From Squalus acanthias (lineage: Eukaryota), in contig CM059432.1 in assembly GCA_030390025.1 (NCBI GenBank), positions 18,726,001 to 18,790,000 of the forward strand: a stretch of 64,000 bases of DNA, written 5' to 3'. How positions within the stretch are numbered: position 1 is the first letter of the stretch; every line of letters starts with the position of its first letter. A program made the translations under genes and the position numbers. Of this stretch, positions 35,166-48,515 are shown piece by piece. The notes under the pieces were generated by a model, which was not told where the DNA came from, did no database searches, and worked only from the letters and a program-made list of their open reading frames with translations.

Positions 35166-37800
35166 TAGATCAACATCTGAGGTGGGAATTCTGATGAAAG
35201 ATGAGCATTTAGATGTCACCACCCTTTCTCTTTCAAAGCTGATCAACCCACTATTCATTCCAGCATCTGCTCTTCCAGCTTTCTTCTCTTTTTTTCTCTC
35301 TTGGAGTGGTTTGGCTCCACAGGAACCAATGGCCCCCTGCAACTTCCTCCACATGGCTCTTCTTCATGTGTGATCTGAACAGCGAGTCCTGGCAGAAGGC
35401 AGGTCAGCCTTTAAAATCAGCTAAAGTTCCAAGAGATCCCAGAAAGTTTTGAAAAACATCTCCGTGTATGTCAAAACAAGTAGTTACACCGTAAGTGCAG
35501 TAGGACACCGGCTTGCAGTGAATTAAGCTGCAGGTCGACACAACATTCCATCAGAGAGAAAGAAAAATACACTGCAGTCTGGTTTCACAGTGATTGATTT
35601 ATACATTTCTAAAAGGGGGATGCAAGCATTTATTTTCTAGGCATTGGCACTTTGATGTATTTGCCAGCATTTTGAAATCTGCCTTTCGGGCAACAATTTT
35701 TATTCATCCGGGCTTACAGATATTTTAAAAATGAAAGTAAAGTAGATTTTGAAGACTTAAATACATGATGGGGTCAGGTTCCTTCCATTGTGAATCATAT
35801 CCATTTGGTATACAGCCAATTAATGTTTCGGACCCAGTGTCCTGTGGATGTGTCAGTGTGGATTTAAAATGCCCATAACTGCAGCTCAATGGTTCTGCCC
35901 AGGCACAGACACATCACATGGCTCCTTCGCTTGGTGGGGCAGGTTACGAGCTGTAAAGTGGAGATGGGCATGGCTGGGTAAGGGATTCGATCTGACTTTG
36001 TGTGGCTGAAGCTTTTGTAAAGTAACCTTGCAGTTGAGCTGTTGTTTTGTTTTTAATCACAGTCCATGAATCACACTGCACTGAATTATTGATTTTAGGC
36101 ACACTGCAATTAATATTATGCACACCATAATTATCATGTTTTCATCATTGCAATTAACATTTTTAATCACACGCTGGTAAATTATTGATCTTTAATCATA
36201 TTGCAACTATCAGTTCAACCACACCAAAATGAACTGTTTTATTTCAGGAAAACATCTGCTGTCATCAGAGCCCAGCTGAATTATTCTACTTGGCTCTCTC
36301 CCTCTCCAACAATTATGGGAGATAATTCAAATTTGGCAGGGCACGAAATGGGCGGTAGCGGACTAATCGGCTGCCCGTTATACACCCCGCAATAAAGTCA
36401 TCACAGATTTAGCACTGTTGCAACCTCACACCCACAACTCACAGCTCATAATGAAGGCAGCTATTCAACCTTGACAGCCACATCACCCAAACATATTGTA
36501 TGACACTCACTAACACACTTACCTCTTTCTTGCAGGAGAAGGTGGCACACAACAGGAGACAGCAGCAAAAATACTGGAGGAGGACAAGCTGTCCTGCATG
36601 TTTTAAACCCCATGGAGGAGACAGTGCTGGCCATCGTTGGAAGGAGCACTGAGTCTGTGGCCACTGGTGGAACTGGATTGATTGATTGACGAGGGTCTCT
36701 GCAGTCCTAATCCTCCTTCACTCGTCCTACTTCTCCCTCATCCCACAATCTCTTATGACTCACAAGCTGCAGGTGGCGTAAGCACGCACTTTTTATTTTC
36801 TCCTCTCCCCTCACCACAACCCAACCCCTGTCCTTTTTTATTTCAGATACCCAAGTACTGGAACCTTCTTAGTCAAATAAAGAAGGCAGCGATCTTACAC
36901 TCGCAGCCACCAGCTCAGAGACTGACACTGCACGTACTTTGGAGGATAGGTTAGAGGAGGGATCTGCATGTGGTGAGACACCAGACACAAGTGTGCAGGA
37001 GCCAAGGCAGGGAGGGGCGGGGGTGGGGTGCGGGGGGTAGGATAGCGCAGGTGCCAGCTCGCTGGAGGGCGAGGTCGCACAGTAATTCAACTTGCCACAG
37101 AACTTTGTGCAAAGCTTGCAGCCCCTCCTTTCCAACATGGAACTGGTGGTCGCCTGCATCAGCACACCTGTGGGACCCACCATGATGCAGATTCTGATGG
37201 CCGATGTCACAGCTTCCATTGCAGCACAAGCAGCTTCCATCAAAGCTCAGACTGCTGGATTGGAATTTCAGACTGCAGCCTTGCAAGCTCAGTCTGCTGC
37301 CATCATGGATCGGGATACCATGTAAAGGAATAGCCATATTCAGAAAAATACACCATCCTATGAACAGAATTCTGACTTTATTAAAACATGACAGACTGGG
37401 TTTAAAAATCTAAAAGCCTCAACCACACAAAGCTGTAAACACCATACAGGCTTTTGAGATAAGAATCGGTTGTTGACACTAAAACAATAGCTCCATTGAA
37501 GCAGCAGGTTGGAGCTTCCAGAAAGTCTGAGCTTTCTAAAGAAGCACAATGGTATAATGTTAAGGTGTGATAAACCAACACTTCGGGAAATGAATCACAT
37601 AAATTAAAGAAACATATGCCTTCATAAATATGACATCAAATGAAAGACAGGAGACACGATTATGTGGTACAACCAGTTGAGGTGGCTAGGGGGACAATGG
37701 TGCATCCGGTTGAAGTGTTTTTAATTTACATGTTATAAAAAGATACAAACAGAAGACTTTTATAAATATGACATCAATAGATGCACCAAGCAATCACATT

Positions 37801-38549
37801 GGGCTGGATTTTGATACTGGGGCGGGTTGGGGTCGTGTTATCTGCATTTCGTGTTATCCACCCAACTGCAATTAGATATGGGAGATTGATGCAATTTTCA
37901 CCTAATTGGGCAATTGAGTTCCAGCATGTGGGAACCCATGACCCAATTAGTGGTTTCAGTCTGAAAGTCGCCTCTGATGATGTCATCATTGCTGCTGCAC
38001 TGAAGGTCTTCAGAGACTGCCTGGCCTTTGCTGTGAGTGGACCTGGATGAGAGAGAAAAAAAGAAGAAAAGAAAGAAAGAAAGATTGATTTTTTTTTGCA
38101 TCCAGGTCCTCTCACAGCAAAGGCCAGGCAGTCTCTGAAGACATTCAATGCAGCAGCATCAGAGGTGACTTTCAGACCTAATACTACTACTACCTTCATC
38201 ACATCTCCATTGTAATAGTGGACCTGCAGCTGATAGTCAGCTATCCACTTGTGCTCCCGCCAGGTTTCACTGGCGTGTTTCACATCAGGCGTGCTTCACG
38301 TCGGAAAAGGGTTAAACTAGCTAAAACGTTTCAAAATGGCATTACTGAGCCAATTTAGGGCTTGTTAAGGGCTTTAATGGCCTCTCCCGCCTCTTGGAGG
38401 CGGGACGGAGTCGGGAACACCGCACACGATTTTATCAAAATTACGTGGAGGCAAATGGAGGCGGGATCAGGTCCGCCCGCCACTTTTCGCAATATTAACC
38501 CCCCACACGCCTCCAACCCCGCCTCCACGGCCCTATGAAAATCCAGCCC
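37801..38549 (+). mobile_element. Harbinger MITE, hairpin family, copy A; TSD ATT
   Basis: Perfect 12-bp TIR GGGCTGGATTTT/AAAATCCAGCCC. Confidence 0.92.
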
Positions 38550-39188
38550 ATTGTGTTTGTGTTGAACTTGGAACAACTAGGAGACACAAAGTCTGTATAC
38601 ACCCAGCTGAGGTGATTTAAGAATTGATAGAAGACCTTCGTAAGAATGGCATCAAATAGATACATCTGTTATAACCATTTTTTATGATAAGTTATGAACA
38701 CCTAAAGGTAGAGACACAAGTCTGCAAGCTAACAGCTGAACTGACAGTAAGAATAGCAGGAGTCAACGGAAATATAACTAGAGATAATTAGCTTACATCA
38801 GCAGGAAACTTCAAAGAATATACCACTGAAAAAAGGGTATAAAATATAGAACTTTCAAATAGGAAGATAGAATTCGCTGGAAGGGGCAAGCGATTCTCAG
38901 CTTCAGAGACAGGCTCTGTAAGCCTACAACTCTGAGTCTCGGGTAATCAAAGGTATTTGATTTTGGTGGATATCTTGGATTAAGACTAAGTAAGAAAAGT
39001 AAAAATGTAATGAAGTTAAGATTTGAGAATAAGGATCTCTGATGATAAGAATTGTAAGCTATTTGTATTTTGAACTGTTAATGTTGAGACTGAATCACCA
39101 GCTGTTAACTACATGTCGGTTCTTTAATAAATCTATATATTTTTAGAATTATCTCACATAGTACTTCTGTATCAAACTCGTGAACTCA

Positions 39189-39956
39189 GGGCTGGATTTT
39201 GATACTGGGGCGGGTTGGGGTCATGTCATCCGCATTTTGTGTTATCCACCTGCCTGCAATTGGATGTGGGAGATTGATGCAATTTTCACTTAATTGGGCA
39301 ATTGAGTTCCAGCATGTGGGAACCCATGAACTAATTAGTGGTTTCAGTCTGAAAGTCGCCTCTGATGATGTCATCATTGCAGGTCAGAGACTGCCTGGTC
39401 TCAGAGATTGCCTGGCCTTTGCTGTGAAAGGACCTGGATGCAAAATGAGCAGCATCTCAGAGAGAGAGAGAGAGACAGAGAGAATTTTTTTTGCAACCAA
39501 GTCCTCCCAGGCAGTCTCTGAAGACATTCAATGCAGTAGCATCAGAGGCGACTTTCAGACCTAATACTACTACTACCTTCATCACAATACTACTACTACC
39601 TTCATCACATCTCTGTTGTAATAGTGGACCTGCAGCTGATAGTCAGCTATCCACTTGTGCTCCCGCCAGGTTTCACTGGCGTGTTTCACATCAGGCGTAC
39701 GTCACGTCGGAAAAGCGTTAAACTAGCTAAAACATTTCAAAATGGCATTACAGAGCCAATTTAGGGCTTGTTAAGGGCTTTAATGGCCTCTCCCGCCTCT
39801 TGGAGGCAGGACGGAGTCGGGAACCCCACGACCGATTTTGTCAAAATTGCGTGGAGGCGGAATGGAGTCGGGATGGGGTCGGGACCCCCGAATCTGCAAC
39901 TTTAACCCCCCACATGCCTCCAAACCCGACTCCACGGGTCATTGAAAATCCAGCCC
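39189..39956 (+). mobile_element. Harbinger MITE, hairpin family, copy B; TSD TCA
   Basis: Same TIRs and body as copy A. Confidence 0.92.
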
Positions 39957-41319
39957 TCAATCTCTGTACACTCTGGTGAGGAGTTGCAGAATTCTGGGGG
40001 AGTTTTCCGGACCCTCATAATATCCGGAAGGTTACAGTCTAGTTAAACTTATTAAAAGTGCTATCTGGAGGACGGTAATATCTTCAGGCCGTGCCTTTCC
40101 TTTAGGGAGAGATAGTCTGAACCTTTAGACCCAATTAAGCGTCTCTAGGATTCGGCTATCTCTAACTTTAGTTGAAGGTGAACGTCTGGGGAATACGCCT
40201 GATCCGGGGTAGCCCGAAAAGGGCTAGGACTAGTAATTATCCCTTCAACCACTGTTATACACTCCAGGGTATCACAGCAGTTCAACAATCTGCTCTCCAA
40301 CAGATCAGTAGGATTACTGAGGTGCCGCCCCAGGATGGTGGCAGTGGCTCCATGGAACACAAACTTGCTGTCCTCTCTCAGGATGACAGCATTCATACTC
40401 TCACCACTGCCACTCTGCCAGTGCCCTTGCTGTTGCCTGTCAACCAGCAAGCCCAGACTGCTGCAGCCTAGGCCGTGATGGTGCATTTTGAAGCCGGGCC
40501 CTCTAGGTCAAGAGTTGCTCAAGGTCGCCCTCCAAGGCCATCTGTGGTCTCCTCAATTGGCAATCAGCAGACTTGCACCTCCCATGCTGCAGCCACTGGG
40601 GAAGCACCTCGTAGGAGCACTAGGAAAGGGAAAGGCGCTAAGGGAATGCACAAGGGTAATTAGTTACATTTCGTAAGCATTATTTAATGATTGAATAGAT
40701 GAATTTGGATTTGAATTTGCATTTGTTGGTTGTTTTTATTTCTGCAGTGAACTGAGGGAAAAACCAATAAATGTTGTCAGAAAGCGGACGATGTGATGGT
40801 CAGTGAGACAACAAAGGTAAGGAGTGTGGGACTGTTAGTAAATAGGGAACGTGTAGTTGAGGTTACTGGTATCGCTCATTAATAATCTGATCACATAGAG
40901 CCTGGGCAGAAAGGGACTGTCTACGTTGTAGCCTCCCTTCCACTTCTTCTTGCACTTCCTCCTTGTGCTCCTACTCTTCTGCTTCTTGCCTGATAGGTGG
41001 TGGCAAGGGCTGTTGCATCATAATGGCCAGATTATGCAGCGTGTAGCATACGACCACAAATCTTGATACCCACCATGGGGATGCCTGCAATCCATGCACA
41101 ACCTTGTGCTTGTTCCTCTTGCTTGCTTCTGGCAAGAGGGAATGAGATGTCTGTGTTTCTCACTGTATTGAGAGCCTCAGTGATCACCCTTATACAGCAG
41201 TGCACTGCAAAATGCAAACTGTTGCTTATATCTGCAGCAGCAGCCAGAAAGGAGCCAGATACATAAAAATTAAGAGCCACGGTTACTTTGACAGCCACAG
41301 GCAATGCTGTCCTTACTCT

Positions 41320-41425
41320 AATACTCCGATGAAAGGTCATCGACCTGAAATGTTAACTCTGTTTCTCTCTCCACAGATGCTGCCTGACCTGCTGAGTATT
41401 GCCAGCATTTTCTGTTTTTATTTCA
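41320..41425 (+). mobile_element. 106-bp Penelope tail insertion (mutated hammerhead motif) with 14-bp TSD
   Basis: GCTGTCCTTACTCT at 41306-41319 and 41426-41439. Confidence 0.85.
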
Positions 41426-42487
41426 GCTGTCCTTACTCTGTTTAAGGCTGCAGTTGTGACTGCAGCAGTTGACAGATTTCAGTCACAACCTCTTTTGTGA
41501 ATCAAAGACATCTCATGCATTGGTCCTTGCCGAAGTTGAGGTAAGAGAAATGCTCCCTAAAGACCCATGGTGGATATGGCCTCCTGCTGAGTACCCTTTT
41601 CCCCCTCCTCCTCCTCCCTCTTCTAGCAGCTTGTCCTGCTCTGCGTGGCCTCTCTTCATTCTCACAAGTCGTGCTCAATTCTCAGAGGCTACCCAGGTCT
41701 GGAAGCAACTTCTTTCAGCACAATATTTTAAATGACACAAAAAGGACTGTAAGACCAGCCAGGCCACTCCCTGTAGAGTACTAAAACTTTAGCCAAGTAT
41801 AGGAAGCCTCCAAAAACACATACAATTGCACCAGCAGCCAGAATAAATAATCTAGCAACTAACCTGTAAGTACTTCATGATCCTTTGAAATAGCACTGGT
41901 GGGGGCGGGGGGCAAAGGGGGGGTCGTTCATGTCATTTAACATCGTGTTCAGCTGTGTGAGGCATGTGCTAGCTGGAGTGTGGAATTGCCACCGGTCCTT
42001 TCACATGCGCAAACCCCTTTACCAAGATGGCGTCCTGTCCACTTCCGTCGGAAATGTGTGTGCGCGTATCTTGGACTTCCATGTTGAAACCTAGATTGCC
42101 GTGCAGTGCCTAAAAAACAGGTGCTAAGTGGCCCAATTTAAGCTCAGAATTTAAAATTGCAGAAAACCAAACAGGAAAAACTTCAGCATGTTGATTGTTC
42201 CGAGCCTAAATATGTACTGACAAGAAAAGTTTTATTCAAATGCCCCAGAGATCCTACCTGTCAGCTGCGATTAATAAACCACTAACTCAGCAGAATAACT
42301 CGGGGAATGTGAAATCCCACAAGTGCACAATCTAGCCAATATATTGAGTGAGGGGGAGAATCTGTATTTGTTTCTATCTAATGAGCTGTCTGTCAATTAC
42401 AAACAGCCAACACTTACTGAGGAGATAACTAGAGAGACATGAACTGCACCAGGTGGATCAGTTTACATTAAATTAGCTATCAACATA

Positions 42488-44595
42488 TAACTACAACAAC
42501 TTACAATTATACAGCGCTTTTAACATAGAGAAAACCCCGAGGCGACGCAGCAGAGTAATCAAAACAAAAATGATTGCTGAACGAAGGGAGGAGAGATTAG
42601 GAAGGCTGGCTAAAAGCTCGGACAAAGAGGTAGGTTTTAAGGAGCGGCTTAAAGGAGGATAAGGAGTTGGAGAAGCGGAGATGTTTAGGGAGAGAATTCC
42701 AGAGGGGCGTAGCTAGCTAAAGGTACAGCTGCCAATGATAGAGCAAAGGCCAGAGTCAGAGAAACAGAGAGATCTGGGGGGAATTGGAGGGCGGAAAAAG
42801 ATTGCAGAGGTAGGGAGGAGCAAGATCATGAAGGGATTTAAACAGGAGAATGAGAATTTTCAATTGGAGGTGTTAAGGGACAGGGAGACAGTGCAAGTCA
42901 GCAAGGACAGGAGTGATGTGTGAGCGGTACTTGGTGCAGGACAGGATATGGGCAGCAGAGTTTTGGATGAGCTGAAGTTTACAGAGCATGTAGGTTGAAC
43001 GACTGGCGAGGAGAGCATTGGAATAGTCTGGAGGTGTACAAAGGTATTGATGAGAGTTTCGGCAGCAAATGGGCTAAGATAGGGGCAGAGGTAGGTGATG
43101 CTATGGAAGTGGAAGCAGACGGTGGTTGTGATGGAGGGACTATGGAGTTGGAAACTCAGCTCAGGGTTGAATAGGCCACTAAGGTTGTGAACAGTCTGGT
43201 TCATCCTGAGGCATTGGTCAGGAATGGGGATAGAATCGGTGGAAATAGTGCAGAATTTGTGGCAGGGGCTGAAAACGATGGCTTCAGTCTTTAACTGGAA
43301 GAAATTGTGGCTCATGCAAGACTGGATGTCGAACAAACAGTTGGACAGCACAGAAGGAGGGTGTGCTCGAGACAGGTGTTGGAGAGTTAGAGGAGGGTGT
43401 CGTCAACATACATATGGAAACTGAGCCTATGGGCTGGATTTTCATAGACCCGTGGAGGCGGATTTGGAGGCGTGTGGGGGTTAAAATTGTGAAAAGTGGC
43501 GGGCGGACCCGATCCCGCCTCCATTCCGCCTCCATGCAATTTTGATGAAATCGTGTGCGGTGGTCCCGTCTCCGTCCCGCCTCCAAGAGGCGGGAGAGGC
43601 CATTAAAGCCCTTAACAACCCCTAAATTGGCTCTGTAATGCCATTTTGAAACGTTTTAGCTAGTTTAACGCTTTTCCGACGTGAAGCACGCCTGATCTGA
43701 AACACGCCAGTGAAACCTGGTGGGAGCACAAGTGGATAGCTGACTATCAGCTGCAGGTCCACTATTACAACGGAGATGTGATGAAGGTAGTAGTAGTATT
43801 AGGTCTGAAAGTCGCCTCTGATGCTGCTGCATTGAATGTCTTCAGAGACTGCCTGGCCTTTGCTGTGAGAGGACCTGGATGCAAAATCTCTCTCTCTCTC
43901 TCTCTTTCTCCTCATTTTGCATCCAAGTCCTCTCACAGCAAAGCCAGGCAGTCTCTGACCTGCAATGCAGCAACAATGATGACATCATCAGAGGCGACTT
44001 TCAGACTGAAAACACTAATTGGTTCATGGGTTCCCACAAGCTGGAACTCAATTGCCCAATTAAGTAAAAATTGCATCAATCTCCCACATCCAATTGCAGT
44101 CGGGTGAATAACACGAAATGCGGATGACACGACCCCAACCTGCCCCAGTATCAAAATCCAGCCCTATGTCTTTGAATAATGACGCCAAGGGGCAGCATAC
44201 ATATGAGAAAGAATAGAGGGCCACAGATCGATGCTTAGGAAATTTCAAAAGTAATGATGCAGGGGTAGGAAGAGAGCATTTCTGGAGATGCTCTGGAACC
44301 AAGAGAGGGCAGTCCCATTGAGCTTGGCAATAGAAAGTTGAGAGAGGAAGATAGTGTGGTCGATCATGTCAAAAGCTGCAGAGAGATTGAGAAAGATGAG
44401 GAGAGAAATTGCACCACAGTCACAGAGGATGTGATTTGTGACTTTGATTAGGGATGCTTCCGTGCTGTGGCAGCGGTGGGATCCTGATTGGAGAGATTCA
44501 AACATGAAGTTGTGGGAAAGATGGGCATGGATTTGGGAGGCAACAACATGTTCAAGGACTTTGGAGAGGAAAGGGAGGTTGGAGATGTGGCGGTA
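42488..44595 (-). mobile_element. L2 LINE 3' portion (RT), degenerate
   Basis: HSTEASL, LNLSAAFDMIDH, DIQSCMSHNF..KTEAIVF; 3' tail at 42490-42520. Confidence 0.85.
43431..44164 (-). mobile_element. Harbinger MITE, hairpin family, copy C; TSD TAT
   Basis: Same TIRs, reverse orientation, inserted in L2. Confidence 0.92.
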
Positions 44596-45965
44596 TTATT
44601 AATTGTTCTGGATATACGCCCTAAAATCCGATTCACTTTCATAACAGCCTTGCAAAACTGGCCAAGGACCTTCAATGTTTTGTTAATTACAATCCCCAGA
44701 TCCTTGTCCCACTCAGCGGCCTTATGTTGGTAACCGTGTGTGGTGTATACATAACTGGAGGCCCCCCAGCCCATTGACTCCTATATTGAAGAGTGAGGCC
44801 TTCCGTCCTCTGGCACAATTTTCTGTCCCACAAAATTTTGGAAAATTATAGTCGGAGTTTTGATATTTCTTCCCTAACTTTCCTCAGAACCCTTGAATGT
44901 AAGCCATCGGATCCCAGTGATTTATTTATCTTCGGTTTCAGTAAGTTCTTTAGTACCATTTCTCTCTGAATAATGACCTCCACTAACCTTTCTATATCCA
45001 CATCTGCTGGTTCTACAACCCAATAGCCACCTTTTCTATGAAAACTGCAGCAAAATACATATTTAGTATTTTTGCTATTCCTTCAATCTCTGCTGCATCT
45101 CTTAGCAGCCCTACCTTTATCTTGACTGATAAGAATCCTTTTTAATCGCTATTTTCCAGTTTTTGCTAATATTTTCTCATAAGACCTTTTAGTCTTTCTA
45201 AACCCCCTTTCTGTAGCTTTCCTATACTCTTTATGTTTGTCCTGGTTTGTTCTGGTTTTCTAAGCTGGAGCAGTAAATACTCCTTTTTTTAGTTTCAAAC
45301 TTGATCTAAGTTTCCTAGTCATCCGTGGAACTTCAGCTTTCGATATGCTCCCTTTTTCCCTTACTGAAATATACTTAATTTGCGCCCTTTCCATCTCCTG
45401 TTTAAGTATTTGCATTCTGTTCACCATCTTTCCTTCTGTTTAGTCCGTCTTTCAGATGAGACGTTAAACCGAGGCCCCGTCTGCTCTCTCAGGCGGACGT
45501 AAAAGATCCCATGGCAGTATTTCGAAGGAGAGCAGGGGAGTTATCCCCGGTGTCCTGGACAATATTTATCCCTCAACCAACAGCACTAAAACAGATTATC
45601 TGGTCATTATCACATTGCTGTTTGTGGGAGCTTGCTGTGTGCAAATTGAGTGCCGCATTTCCTACATTACAACAGTAACTACGCTTCAAAAAGTACTTCA
45701 TTGGCTATAAAGCATTTGGGACCTCCGGTGGTCATGGAAGGTGCTATATAAATGCAAGTCTTCCTTTTTTTCTTTTAATCTGGACATGGTCCTTTTCTGT
45801 CTCGAAAAATTCTACTTTTTTTCCCACTCAGTTGTCTTGTCTGCAGCTTTTCTTTTTCCTTTCTATTCTAACAGTCAACCTAATTATATTGTGTTGATCG
45901 CTTCCCAAATGTTCCCCCTCTGCTTAGGTTATCTACATTTTGTTACCCAGAACCAACGTAAGTAG
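44596..45965 (-). mobile_element. Old CR1 fragments, split by a SINE
   Basis: KDLGIVINKTLK...RILGRISR and degraded linker/endonuclease sequence. Confidence 0.6.
45442..45775 (+). mobile_element. 5'-truncated DeuSINE (SacSINE1-like)
   Basis: CTTTCAGATGAGACGTTAAACCGAGGCCCCGTCTG...CAGATTATCTGGTCATTATCACATTGCTGTTTGTGGGA (Deu domain); tail GCTATATAAATGCAAGTCTT. Confidence 0.85.
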
Positions 45966-46051
45966 TGATTCCTTCTTTCTGGGAGTAGCAGCATATTGAT
46001 TGAGAGAACAGTCCTGAACCCAGTGCAAAATAAAACCTCCATTTTCTCACC

Positions 46052-46135
46052 AGAGAAAGAAAGACTTGTATTTATAGAACACCTTTCATAACCCAGGATG
46101 TCTCAAAGTGCTTCACAGCCAATGAAGTACTTTAA
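46052..46135 (-). mobile_element. DeuSINE 3' tail remnant
   Basis: AAAGAAAGACTTGTATTTATAG...CAGCCAATGAAGTACTT. Confidence 0.7.
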
Positions 46136-46141
46136 AACAAA

Positions 46142-48150
46142 TGTTTTTATTCGTTCATGCAATGTGGGCATTGCTGGCAAGGCCAGCATTTATTGCCCAT
46201 CCCCAATTGCCCTTGAGAAGGTGGTGGTGAGCCGTCTTCGTCAACCGCTGCAGTCTGTGTGGTGAAGGCACACCCATTGTGCTGTTAGGGAGGGAGTTCC
46301 AGGATTTTGACCCAGCGACGATGAAGGAACAGCGATATATTTCCAAGTCAGGATGGTGTGTGACTTGGAGAGGAACTTGGAGGTGGTGGTGTTCCCATGC
46401 ACTTTCTACCCTTCTCCTTCTAGGTGGCAGAGACCGTGGGTTTGGGAGGTGCTGTCGAAGAAGCCTTGACGAGTTGCTGCAGTGAATAGAATCATAGAAA
46501 GTTACAGCACGGAAGGAGGCCATTTCAGCCCATCGTGTCCGCGCCGGCCAACAAAGTGCTATCCAGCCTAATCCCACTTCCCAGCTCTTGGTCCACTTTA
46601 TCAATGCCCCTCATAATTATATACACCTCAATAAGGTCTCTTGTATTCTATGCCACGGCTAATAAAGGCAAGCATTCCGTATGCCTTCTTAACCACCTTA
46701 TCTACTTGGCCTGCTACCGTCAGGGATCTGTGGACATGCTCTCCAAGGTCCCTTTGTTCCTCTACACTACTCAGTGTCCTACCATTTAATGTGTATTCCC
46801 TTTCCTTGTTAGCCCTCCCCAAATGCATTACCTCACACTTCTCCGGATTGAATTCCATTTGCCACTGTTCTGCCCACGTGACCAATTTATTGATATCTTC
46901 CTGCAGTCTACAGCTTCCTTCTTCAGTATCAACCACACAGCCGATTTTAGTATCATCTGTAAACTTCTTAATCATACCCCCTATATTCAAGTCAAGATCA
47001 TTGATATATACCACAAAAAGCAAGGGACCTAATACTGAGCCCTGCAGAACCCCACTGGAAACAGCCTTCCAGTCACAAAAACACCCATCAACCATTACCC
47101 TCTGCTTCCTGTCTCCGAGCCAGTTTTGAATGCAACTTGACACTTTGCCCTGGATCCCATGGGCTTTTAACTTCGTGACCAGTCTGCCATGTGGAACCTT
47201 ATCAAAAGCCTTGCTAAAGTCCATATACACTACATCAAATACACTACCCTCATCTACCCTTCTTGTTACCTCCTCAAAAAATTCAATCAAGTTTGTCAGA
47301 CACGACCTTCCTTTAACAAATCCATGCTGACTATTCTTGATTAATCCGTGTCTTTCTAAATGAAGATTTATCCTGTCCTTCAGAATTCTTTCCAATAATT
47401 TTCCGACCACTGAGATTAGGCTGACTGGCCTGTAATTACTCAGTCTATCCTTTTCTCCCTTTTTAAACAAGGGTACCACATTAGCAGTCCTTCAGCACCA
47501 CACCTGAAGCCAGAAAGGATTGAAAAATGATGGTCAGGGCCTCTGCTATTTCCTCTTTTGCTTCGCTTAACAGCCTGGGATACATTTCATCTGGGCTTGG
47601 AGATGTATCCACTTTTAAAGCTGCTAAACCCCTTAATACTTCCTCTCTCACTAGGTTTATTTCATCTAATATTTCACACTCCTCCCTCCCCCCCCCACCC
47701 CCCCGATAGCAATGTCTGCTTCGCTCCTCTCCTTTGTGAAAACAGACGCAAAGTATTCATTAAGAACCCTACCGATGTCTCCCGCCTCCACACACAGATT
47801 ACCCTCATGATCTCTAATAGGCCCTACCCTTTCTTTAGTTATCCTCTTACTCTTAATATATTTATAAAACATCTTTGGGTTTTCCTTGATTTTACTTGCC
47901 AAGAATTTTTCATCTTGTAGATGGTACCCACTGCAGACACGGTGCGCCTGTGGTGGAGGGAGTGAATGTTTGAGGTACTGGATGGGGTGCCAATCAAGCG
48001 GGCTGCTTTGTCCTGGATAGTGTTGAGCTTCTTGAGTGTTGTTGGAGCTGCACTCATCCAAGCAAGTGGAGAGTATTCCAGCACACTCTTGACTTGTGCC
48101 TTGTAGATGGTGGAAAGGCTTTGGGGAGTCAGGAGGTGAGTCACTCACTA
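46142..48150 (-). mobile_element. 3' end of a different CR1/L2-group LINE, split by CR1 46485-47910
   Basis: STIYKAQVKSVLEYSPLAW...IQDKAARLI; SKSWNSLPN; host reads GCTGCAGTG|CATCTTGTAG across the insert. Confidence 0.75.
46485..47910 (-). mobile_element. CR1 RT fragment with internal deletions
   Basis: ORF 46628-47479 carries RT motifs; tail at 46485. Confidence 0.9.
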
Positions 48151-48157
48151 CTGTCGA

Positions 48158-48515
48158 AGTGCAGGAAACACGGCAGCCAATTTGCGCACAGCAAGGTCCC
48201 ACAAACAGCAATGAGATAATGACCAGATAATCTGCTTTTAGTGATGCTGAATGAGGAATAAACATTGGCCAGGACACAAGGGAGAACACCCCTGCTCTTC
48301 TTCGACGAGTGCAGTGGAACATTTTACATCTAGCTGAGAGGGCAGACGAGGCCTCGGTACAACATCCGAAAGATAACACCTCCGACAGTGCTGCACTCCC
48401 TCAGAAGTGCACTGGAAGTCAGTCTAGATTTTGTGCTCAAGTCTCTGCAGTGGGACTTGAATCCACAGCCTTCTGACTCAGAGGCGCGAGTGCTACCCAC
48501 TGAGCCACGGCTGAC
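48158..48515 (-). mobile_element. DeuSINE (SacSINE1-like) with tRNA-derived head
   Basis: Minus strand: GTGGCTCAGTGGGTAGC (A box), GGATTCAAGTCCC (B box), then Deu domain. Confidence 0.85.

Larger units (their letters stand above)
37321..40247 (+). mobile_element. Long solo LTR (~1.4 kb net of two MITEs), 4-bp TSD ACCA
   Basis: TGTAAAGG...CCCTTCA; ACCA at 37317-37320 and 40248-40251; TATAAAA near 38838; AATAAA near 39126; interrupts the Myb remnant. Confidence 0.75.
36317..42145. mobile_element. Older degenerate two-gene Harbinger (Myb remnants + at 36536-37320 and 40252-40663; transposase remnants - at ~40860-41600)
   Basis: TTGCAG|EKVAHNRRQQQNTGGG; QQSALQQI, AVLSQDDSI, EAGPSR; RTALPVAVKVTVALNFY.SGSF. 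Ends approximate. Confidence 0.75.

Noticed and set aside
48445..48515. tRNA-like sequence
   Set aside because: It continues directly into a Deu-domain SINE body, so it is a SINE head rather than a tRNA gene.
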